IMG/VR virus record: IMGVR_UViG_3300031257_000001
Coordinates: 1-64,000 of that record
From: a virus
Length of the DNA stretch: 64,000 nt
Strand: one strand, 5' to 3'
Below, piece after piece: positions 8,895 through 15,808 of this stretch. The notes under the pieces were generated by a model, which saw nothing but the letters and a program-made list of their open reading frames with translations, ran no database searches and had not been told where the DNA came from. The position numbers and the translations under genes are program-made. Numbering within the stretch: position 1 is the first letter of the stretch; each line of letters starts with the position of its first letter.

Positions 8895-9937
8895 TGAAGA
8901 CGATTGATGTGATCAACGCAAGCGTGACGGTCTGTTGGTGCGTGGCGGACGCTTTGAGCCCGAACGATGTGCGACATGCAGGATCCGTCCTGTACGGGTT
9001 GACCAAGGCCGGCGCGGAGGACATGTCAGAGCGGTTGGGTGTGGTTTCGGTCGAAGCATCAAAAAAGCTGATGCAGCTGAAACCCAAGCTCAGCGCTGAC
9101 CAAGCGATCCAGCTGGTGTATGAGATCGTGAAAGGGGCGTTGACCAGCACGCACTCCACACTGAAGGTGTTGAGCGGGGCGGCTTGGTACGATGAAGCGA
9201 TGCCGACGATTGAGGTTGGGCACCGCCTAGCAGCCTCCATGCTGTCAACGCGACTTGTTGAGGATGTGGTCTCCGAGATTCGCTTCCCATTCCACTCGTT
9301 CATGGTCGATGTACCGTCCGGTCTGATCCACATGTCGGCGCGAGATGGGCAGGGCTCCGTCCCTGTTCGGAATGCGATGTTCACGCATTCGTTTGGCACG
9401 AATGGCAACGACTTGTTCATCTTCCACGCCTATTCTGAAGGTGGATTGATGTCAGCTGTCATGGATGGAATCTATCCGACAATTATGGAATTTGCCAATC
9501 ACAGTGGTGGCGACGATGATCCGCACGGTTTGCGTGATCAGACAGACCCGTATTCCATGCCCGTTGGAAGAATCGACGACAGGAACGGGTTGATGGCGAG
9601 GCGCCTGCTGCTGAATGCCGCGCTGATGATGTCCGAGAAGCGGAATTACAGCGCGGTCGGGAAGGGGCACGGGAAGTCCACTCGCAGGGGCCCTCCTGTG
9701 TGTAGGCGGTTCCGGTTTGTCAAGCCTGTTTCTCACGACTTCCGCAAGGTTGTCCGCGCATACTCGTTGGGCGAAGGCAAGAAGCTAGATGTCCAGAGTT
9801 TCGTGCGTGGCCACTGGAAGAGCCAGCCACACGGCCCCGGCTCGTCGCTGCGCAAGGCCATCTTCGTTGAGCCCTATTGGCGCGGCCCGGAGGATGCTCC
9901 GATTGCGTTGCGGAAACACAAGCTGAACAAGAGGTAG
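8894..9937 (+). CDS. Phage protein with C-terminal VRGHW motif
   Basis: FVRGHWKSQPHGPGSSLRKAIFVEPYWRGP, a motif recurrent in uncharacterised phage proteins. Confidence 0.65.
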   Translation: MKTIDVINASVTVCWCVADALSPNDVRHAGSVLYGLTKAGAEDMSERLGVVSVEASKKLMQLKPKLSADQAIQLVYEIVKGALTSTHSTLKVLSGAAWYDEAMPTIEVGHRLAASMLSTRLVEDVVSEIRFPFHSFMVDVPSGLIHMSARDGQGSVPVRNAMFTHSFGTNGNDLFIFHAYSEGGLMSAVMDGIYPTIMEFANHSGGDDDPHGLRDQTDPYSMPVGRIDDRNGLMARRLLLNAALMMSEKRNYSAVGKGHGKSTRRGPPVCRRFRFVKPVSHDFRKVVRAYSLGEGKKLDVQSFVRGHWKSQPHGPGSSLRKAIFVEPYWRGPEDAPIALRKHKLNKR

Positions 9938-9939
9938 CG

Positions 9940-10152
9940 ATGTCGAGGCAAGTCCACATTCCGGGCGTTGGGCGCGTCGTGATGGCCGACGAGCAGCAGG
10001 CTGGCGCCACACAACGTCTCGTTGACGGGAGACGTCGGTTCATCTTGGACTACATGGAGCAGAAGGGGTGGAAGGGCCCGCCCGAGGAGCTGTCCATGGA
10101 ACAGATCATGGAGATCAGGGTGCAAGACGGCTGGAAGCGACCAACAAATTGA
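9940..10152 (+). CDS. Hypothetical protein
   Basis: RBS GAGGT. Confidence 0.6.
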   Translation: MSRQVHIPGVGRVVMADEQQAGATQRLVDGRRRFILDYMEQKGWKGPPEELSMEQIMEIRVQDGWKRPTN

Positions 10153-10402
10153 CAGGAGGTGAACAGTGGAAAAGGAACGAGCTGGTGGATATGGAGGTGC
10201 CTAGTGGAGATTGGGACCAGGTTGGAAATTGTTTCACACGCGGTCCGTTGGGCGTCCAACATGTTGGCAGAAGTCATGAGTAACCATGGAAAGGTGCTGA
10301 ACGATGCGGATTATGAGTCTGTTCGTCTGGCATTGTTGAACTTGGGCGACTACAGAGGGCTTTTGAAGAGCGATCCAAACAACCAATTGTAGGGGATGTG
10401 GT

Positions 10403-10657
10403 GTGTTGATGGAACCGAAAAAAACGAAGATTACAACAAGATTGGAATTGGCAGCGATGTTTCATGATCGCATCATGGCCAAAGTCAGAGTCATTGTCCC
10501 GATTAGCCTTGAGGAAACGCACAAAGCAGAGGATCAAGCCCAAGTGTTTGCAACACTCGCGGTTGTCCACGCGGATGCGTTGTTATCTAGGCTGAAGGCG
10601 ACGAAGCCTGCAAGACTAGAACTGGGTGGCAGCAGCAAGACCGGCGCCAAAGGCTGA
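10403..10657 (+). CDS. Hypothetical protein
   Basis: Short ORF, weak support. Confidence 0.4.
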   Translation: MLMEPKKTKITTRLELAAMFHDRIMAKVRVIVPISLEETHKAEDQAQVFATLAVVHADALLSRLKATKPARLELGGSSKTGAKG

Positions 10658-10987
10658 AATCAATCCAGTCACAATGGCCAACGCTGATTTCCAAGTTGCG
10701 ATCTTCCTATTGTCTGATTTGGGCGCTGGCTTTAACGATCCGTGATATGCACGGTCTTTCAGTTCCAACTCGTCTAGTCTGGATGCGAATGAGCGTCTGC
10801 CATCGCCGCCACTCACCACCACTTGGTGCAATTCGAGTACACGCGAATCTATGGTCTTTAGTGATTCGCTCAATCTAACGATTCCATTTCCGTGTTCTGT
10901 GATTGCCCTCCCCTGATCAGCCTGTGTTTCAAGCATTCTGGTTTGCGTGCTTTGAATGCTCATGACCAGATCATCGCTTAGCGCCAT
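10616..10987 (-). CDS. Coiled-coil protein with C-terminal TM helix (XhlA/holin-like architecture)
   Basis: Heptad-rich N-terminal part, then WKSALAIVTGLISAFGAGLAAA. Confidence 0.55.
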   Translation of the reverse strand: MALSDDLVMSIQSTQTRMLETQADQGRAITEHGNGIVRLSESLKTIDSRVLELHQVVVSGGDGRRSFASRLDELELKDRAYHGSLKPAPKSDNRKIATWKSALAIVTGLISAFGAGLAAATQF

Positions 10988-11077
10988 GGGGTGTGCTCCA
11001 ATCACAGAAGTTTCAGACTTTGCGTTGGGTTGTGATTATACTTGAACAGGCTCGGAATCCCAGGCTGGAGGTATCCC

Positions 11078-11464
11078 ATGTTGCACGGACACAGACACGA
11101 TCCGAAGGACCGTCTGGATGAGGTGATCCAGGAGATGCGCGCCCGGGCGACGGCCCGCAACAGGCACTTGTGGGGAACGCCTGGTGGGCACGGAACGTTG
11201 GACGCTGAGGCTGCCCACGAGGTGGGTGAGTTCTTGTTGGAGCTCAAGGTGATGCGCAATGAGATGGCGCGCAGCACTGCGATGATCCGCGCCATCATCG
11301 GCGTGCGGTTCACTCGGGGCGAGTGCGCGGATGCCCTCTGTGAGGCGCTCCGCAGGGAGGGGTTCAAGGTCGAGCGCAAGCAGGAATTGGCCAAGGGCGG
11401 CCCGCTGAAAGATGGCGCCCATGCTGAGTTCTGGGTCGAAATTGTAGCGTTCAGCGCGACCTAA
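11078..11464 (+). CDS. Hypothetical protein
   Basis: RBS GGAGGT. Confidence 0.65.
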   Translation: MLHGHRHDPKDRLDEVIQEMRARATARNRHLWGTPGGHGTLDAEAAHEVGEFLLELKVMRNEMARSTAMIRAIIGVRFTRGECADALCEALRREGFKVERKQELAKGGPLKDGAHAEFWVEIVAFSAT

Positions 11465-11485
11465 TGAAATTCAGTATGGGTAGGG

Positions 11486-11737
11486 ATGGACACATTCCTA
11501 CTTGTTGTGGCGATCACCCTGGCAACCATGCTTCTGGGCTCGTGGGCCCGCCGGAGACACGCTGAAGATGAGTGGGCCAAGAGCAGGGAGCTGAACAAGG
11601 CCCTCGCTGAGATGGTGCTGCTGGAGCGCACCGACGGGAGCGAGCGTGCGGTCAAGGCCACGCGCGAGTTCTGCCGCTACCATCCGCCGGACGTGGTGAT
11701 CCACGCCGCGCTTCACACCAAGGTTGAGGTGGTGTGA
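11486..11737 (+). CDS. Small membrane-anchored protein
   Basis: N-terminal hydrophobic helix FLLVVAITLATMLLGSW. Confidence 0.6.
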   Translation: MDTFLLVVAITLATMLLGSWARRRHAEDEWAKSRELNKALAEMVLLERTDGSERAVKATREFCRYHPPDVVIHAALHTKVEVV

Positions 11738-12189
11738 TGGGGTTGCTAGATGAATTGGGCAAGGATGCCGTCATCATCGGGTTCACCGCGTCTCGGGAGC
11801 CGAAGAACAAAGGGGGCGTGAGCTATCTCAGAAGCGTCCACAGGGTGGTCCGCGACTTGGAGGCCGACTGCTTCGTGACGGGCGTCTGCTGGGGTGGCGA
11901 CGAGTACATCACCAGGGCGGTGCACAAGTACCATCCCAAGGTTCCACTCATCGGCGTGGTTCCCGGGCTCCTACGGCAGGTGTCCGGCGAGGCCATGGAG
12001 CGCTCCATGGAACTCATCCACATGCCCCGGCGGTCATCCTACCGTCAGCGCAACACCAGGATCGTTGAGGTGTCCACCCGCATGATTGCGTTCTGGACCG
12101 GCGAGCGGAAGCACTCCGGGACCTTCATGACGATCAACATCGCCCGACGCGCGGGCAAGATCGTCGATGACGACATCCATCTGGTGTAA
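11737..12189 (+). CDS. SLOG-superfamily (YspA/DprA-like) protein
   Basis: IIGFTASR, FVTGVCWGGD, RNTRIV...MIAFW...SGTFMTINIARRAGK. Confidence 0.75.
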   Translation: MGLLDELGKDAVIIGFTASREPKNKGGVSYLRSVHRVVRDLEADCFVTGVCWGGDEYITRAVHKYHPKVPLIGVVPGLLRQVSGEAMERSMELIHMPRRSSYRQRNTRIVEVSTRMIAFWTGERKHSGTFMTINIARRAGKIVDDDIHLV

Positions 12190-12255
12190 GAATTCAGCGC
12201 GGGGTTGGCCGATTCAGTAAGGGGAATCAAGAAACAACAACCAGGAGATCAGCAA

Positions 12256-12984
12256 ATGGCTGCAAGAAAAGTGGAGAGTAAAAAGCAGAGAAGCGTGGAT
12301 GTGGTGATCACCCCAGTGATCACGCATGAGTTCGACTTGACGTTGGTCGGCACCAGCATCCTCGTGGTCAATTCGATGGTCGGAAAGCTTGCTGAGGAGC
12401 TGCGCCGGTCGCGATTCGGGACTGCCAAACCCAAGAAGCACGCTGACGAGGCTTCGTACAATCGTGAGTGCCGTGAGCGCTTCATGGCAGCGCGGTATCG
12501 TCTCCAGAGCGGTCAGGACGGGTTCCCGGCGGTCACCATCAAATACGCACTCGTGGATGAGTGTACGTTCCTGGATGGTGTGGAGAAAACCAAGGTGCGG
12601 GCCGGCCTCACCGTCAACGGAGGTGAGTTCTTGTGCCCCATCTTCCACGACGCAGAAGAGCCCACGATGCGTGAGGATGTCGTCCGTGTGGGTGGTCGAG
12701 CGGGCCGTGGCTCCGGGACTGCTTCGCTGGCCTATCGGCCCGAGTATCGCAACTGGCGCATCCCGGTCCGTGTCACCTACGATCCGACCCTCGTGACGCC
12801 ACAACAGATCGTTGCGTTGGCCAGCCGCGCCGGCTTCCACCAGGGCATCGGCGAATGGCGCAAGCCCAAGGGCGGCGAGTGGGGCCGCTTCAGGGTTGAA
12901 GAGGGCGTGTCCATCCCTGCCAACCTGTTTCCCAAGACCAAGGGTTCCAAGCCTAGCAAGGCTCGGCGCGGGAAGGCAGCGTGA
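12256..12984 (+). CDS. Solitary Cas7/Csm3-like RAMP protein (candidate RNA-guided effector)
   Basis: RAMP motifs in order: beta1 FDLTLVGTSILVVN; GFPAVTIKYAL (cf. IPGSSxKGxL); thumb REDVVRVG...SLAYRPEY; G-rich loop GIGEWRKPKGGEWGRF; RBS GGAGATCAGCAA-ATG. Confidence 0.75.
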   Translation: MAARKVESKKQRSVDVVITPVITHEFDLTLVGTSILVVNSMVGKLAEELRRSRFGTAKPKKHADEASYNRECRERFMAARYRLQSGQDGFPAVTIKYALVDECTFLDGVEKTKVRAGLTVNGGEFLCPIFHDAEEPTMREDVVRVGGRAGRGSGTASLAYRPEYRNWRIPVRVTYDPTLVTPQQIVALASRAGFHQGIGEWRKPKGGEWGRFRVEEGVSIPANLFPKTKGSKPSKARRGKAA

Positions 12985-13478
12985 GTCGCTTCAGGTGGAT
13001 AACGGCGCGCTTCAAGGGCCGAGCCGATGCGCAGAAGGTCGGTGAGGCCCTGGAGGCCATCGAGCGCCGTGACGGCGACCTGTCCCCGGCCGCCATCGTT
13101 GAAGCGGCGAGGGATCCGAGGTCACCACTCCACCCGTGCTTCACTTGGGCAGACGATGCAGCAGCAGAGAAGCACAGGGAGACCGAGGCCCGTGCCGTCG
13201 TTCGTTCTTGCCGCATCGTGGTCAGAATCAAAGGAGGTGGAAAGAAGACACGCCGCAAGTGGATCAGCGTCAGAATTGACACAGGCGAGGAGCGCCCACG
13301 TCGTGGGTACGTTTCCATCACCAAAGTCCGCAGCGGTGAATTGGCAGACGAGATCATGGCCGAAGCAGCGCAAGGACTTCGCCAATGGGCTGGGCGCTAC
13401 AGCGAGCTGCGAGGGCGGCTCCCCGGGTTGTTCCAGGCCATTGACGAGGTGCTGGCCGAGTACACGAAGGCCGCATGA
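12981..13478 (+). CDS. Phage accessory protein coupled to the RAMP gene
   Basis: GTGA overlap; LSPAAIVEAARDPRSPLHPCFTWADDAAAEKHR...AR motif; its stop lies directly before the array. Confidence 0.75.
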   Translation: MSRFRWITARFKGRADAQKVGEALEAIERRDGDLSPAAIVEAARDPRSPLHPCFTWADDAAAEKHRETEARAVVRSCRIVVRIKGGGKKTRRKWISVRIDTGEERPRRGYVSITKVRSGELADEIMAEAAQGLRQWAGRYSELRGRLPGLFQAIDEVLAEYTKAA

Positions 13479-13505
13479 GGGCACGAGTTGCCCACGGAAC
13501 GGATC

Positions 13506-13935
13506 GGCTGCTACGGACAAGGATGGTACGCAGTTGAGGAGGCTGGTCGCGATTTGATCTGAGAGGGCTGGTCGTGTGTGGCTTGGCTGCTACGGACAAG
13601 GCTGGTCTTCTACTGAGGAGAATAGCCGTGATTGGAGGTCAGAGGACTGGTCGTGGGCTGTTTGGCTGCTCTGGAATTGTCTGGTGGTGTTGTGTCCAGA
13701 ATGGCATCGTTGTCGTGTGAACTGTGTAGTTTGGAATTGATCGGAGCGCGCCGGTGAGGCTGCTTCGGAGTGGATCAGCGCGGCAAGCGTTAGCAGGGAA
13801 CAGGATAGGCTGGAAGGGAATGGTGAGGCTGCTTCGGGTTGGAACGTAGCGCCAATGGCATGGTTGGTTCCGACGTGAGATGCTTGGTTCCGACGTGACG
13901 CGAGCGGCAAGGTTGCATCTGTTCAGAGAGGCTGC
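13506..13935 (+). ncRNA. Pentamer-periodic guide-like array: (NN + nGn) units delimited by GGCTGC
   Basis: GG(C/T)TGC at 13506, 13585, 13664, 13758, 13827, 13911, 13930; spacings 79, 79, 94, 69, 84, 19 are all 5n+4; G at one phase in 72 of 80 pentamers and never A; RNA status is inferred. Confidence 0.85.
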
Positions 13936-13956
13936 AGCTCATCTGTTTCTACAAAA

Positions 13957-14000
13957 GCGGGTGATGGTCGCACGGTGGGTTCGACTCCCGCCGGCCCGCC
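13957..14000 (+). ncRNA. tRNA-like mini-domain (acceptor-like stem plus T-arm, no anticodon arm)
   Basis: GCGGGT(13957-62)/GCCCGC(13994-99); CGGTGGG-TTCGACT-CCCGCCG; bulge GATGGTCGCA with a D-loop-like GG. Confidence 0.6.
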
Positions 14001-14001
14001 T

Positions 14002-14274
14002 ATGGCACGTAGCCTCAAGCCGGGAACCCGCAACTACAACTTCATGGACATGGCGGGCGTCCGCATCGGGCGCGTGGTGGTCACGTCCGAGGCATCCAGC
14101 GCTTGCGGGAATGCCCGGTGGCACTGCCAGTGTGACTGCGGCGGGACCTTCATCGACCAGGGCATCCACCTCCGCTCCGTCATGAAGTCGGAGCGCCTGG
14201 GCAAGCGCAAGTATCCTTTCAGCTGTCCCGAGTGCCGTCCCAAACGGAAGGGCACCTATCAGAGGCGCACATGA
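14002..14274 (+). CDS. Small Zn-binding protein resembling the WxCxCDCG module of HNH/AP2 endonucleases
   Basis: IGRVVV...RWHCQCDCG...SCPEC; no nuclease domain. Confidence 0.6.
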   Translation: MARSLKPGTRNYNFMDMAGVRIGRVVVTSEASSACGNARWHCQCDCGGTFIDQGIHLRSVMKSERLGKRKYPFSCPECRPKRKGTYQRRT

Positions 14275-14558
14275 TCAGACAGGCTATCAGGAACTTGGCG
14301 TCACGCGCCATCGTGGGTTGGGTGAAGTGGCAGCATCCGGAGATGTACCAGCGCGTTGCCGAAGGGCGCCGGCGCGGCCCGGTGATTCACTCGTGTGACG
14401 AGATGTCCACGAAGTATGAGCTGCCGCGCGGATGGCACATGCGTCACCGTCGGAGCGGTCCCGGCTATGAGGTCCAAGTCAATTCAGCGAGTGGCGGACT
14501 GGTGTACAGCGGGTGCGGATGTCCGTGTTGTTTCGACCTGTGGTTGGAGGCGCTGTGA
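14271..14558 (+). CDS. Hypothetical protein
   Basis: ATGA coupling. Confidence 0.55.
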   Translation: MIRQAIRNLASRAIVGWVKWQHPEMYQRVAEGRRRGPVIHSCDEMSTKYELPRGWHMRHRRSGPGYEVQVNSASGGLVYSGCGCPCCFDLWLEAL

Positions 14559-14974
14559 GCGAGCACATCTGCTCATTCTGTGGCAAGGATAGCACCCAGG
14601 CTGGTCGCATGGTCCGAGGCATGGGCAACGTCTGCATCTGTGACGGGTGTGTCAGCGAGGCCAGGGAGATCACCGAGCCCGAGCCCGAGGGCGGAGCCAT
14701 CCTTCAGCGGACCCTCATCAACACCCTCACCAAGGGAATCGGACTGGCGACGTCACAGGCCGCGGAGGATGCGCGCGCGTGGGCAGAGATCACGGCCAAG
14801 TTGGGCGCCGTCCTGGTGATGGCACACCAAGGCGTTGACCACACGCGAATCCGGGCGATGGTCAAGGAGATCAGTGATCTGGAGTACAACTTGACTTTGG
14901 ATTGCAAGGCAACCGGGGACACACTGGAGTTGTGGCCACATGAAGATGAGGACAGCGATGATTCAGAAGGCTGA
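14555..14974 (+). CDS. Protein with ClpX-type C4 zinc-binding domain
   Basis: CSFCGKDSTQAGRMVRGMGNVCICDGCV; RBS GGAGG; no AAA+ domain. Confidence 0.75.
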   Translation: MSEHICSFCGKDSTQAGRMVRGMGNVCICDGCVSEAREITEPEPEGGAILQRTLINTLTKGIGLATSQAAEDARAWAEITAKLGAVLVMAHQGVDHTRIRAMVKEISDLEYNLTLDCKATGDTLELWPHEDEDSDDSEG

Positions 14975-15308
14975 TGAAGTGACGGTTGAACGGTTCCGCA
15001 ATGCGCTGGCAACGGAAGGTCACGAGTGGCCCAAGCCCGTTCCGGGCATCGAGCCATTGGACCCGGCCATTTGGGCCGCTCGTGAGATCCAGGCGTTCTG
15101 CCGCTTGGCGGTCAACTTGATCAGCCAAGACACCGGGCCGACCGGGAGCTTGTACTGTATGTACAAGTTGTTCCTCAACCGCTCCATCGGGTGGGGCTCG
15201 CCTTTCTCCAGCAGTGCCATGTACGAGCTGGCGTTGGGCTATTGGACCATGAACGTCGTTCCAGCCTATGCCGACACCGTGCCACCGGAGGATGCTGCGG
15301 ATGGGTGA
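14958..15308 (+). CDS. Hypothetical protein
   Basis: Overlapping ORF, RBS GAGGA. Confidence 0.55.
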   Translation: MIQKADEVTVERFRNALATEGHEWPKPVPGIEPLDPAIWAAREIQAFCRLAVNLISQDTGPTGSLYCMYKLFLNRSIGWGSPFSSSAMYELALGYWTMNVVPAYADTVPPEDAADG

Positions 15309-15480
15309 GATTGCGGACATGATCTTGGAAGGGATGCTCTGCGAGGAGTGTGGCACGTTCATCGACGATGAGTGCCCCGACCATCCGCGGAAGTGCGCCG
15401 AGTGCGCACAGAAAGGCCCTTCCAGTAGCCCGAAGCGCCGGTGGAGGCGCCGGCGACGGAAGGTGAGCGCCAATGGCTGA
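15301..15480 (+). CDS. Small zinc-finger protein with basic tail
   Basis: MGEIADMILEGMLCEECG...CAEC. Confidence 0.6.
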   Translation: MGEIADMILEGMLCEECGTFIDDECPDHPRKCAECAQKGPSSSPKRRWRRRRRKVSANG

Positions 15481-15619
15481 CAAGAAGCCGTTGGACGTTC
15501 ACGGACAGGGGTTGGACACCGCCAAGGACAAACTCGTCCACGCCACAGCGAAACGCTTGCCCAGGCGGGTTCAATACTGGGCCGCCATTGCCGACCTCAT
15601 GGCGTTTGAGGAGCGATAG

Positions 15620-15808
15620 ATGCACACAAAAGATGCCCTGGCGCCCGTTGTGACAGACGATGAGAAGGCCAGGTTGGCAAAACAAGAACAGGCCGCAACC
15701 GATGCCCAGCTGGCAGTGAGGAATCGGAAGATCCGCCGAACCCAAGCGGCAAAAGACAAGCGCGCCATGCGCCAGCGGGTGCGCAAAGCACGAAAGGCAA
15801 ACCGATGA
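15620..15808 (+). CDS. Small basic protein
   Basis: RBS GAGGAG; Arg/Lys-rich. Confidence 0.55.
   Translation: MHTKDALAPVVTDDEKARLAKQEQAATDAQLAVRNRKIRRTQAAKDKRAMRQRVRKARKANR

Noticed and set aside
13590-13910. 106-aa minus-strand ORF over the array
   Set aside because: No RBS or motif; period-5 structure is not expected of coding sequence
13512-13916. Alternative register (the two bases directly after each periodic G as the variable pair)
   Set aside because: I tried this first and recognised no motif in the readings I checked. It also gives lower unit1/unit2 identity (6/15 vs 9/15). Choosing between registers and strands is a small multiple-testing caveat for the decoding.
13506-13935. Canonical CRISPR array
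   Set aside because: The only constant repeat is 6-7 nt, units vary from 19 to 94 nt and are internally periodic, and there is no cas1/cas2
13957-14000. Functional tRNA gene
   Set aside because: Only 44 nt, with no D-stem, anticodon arm or CCA
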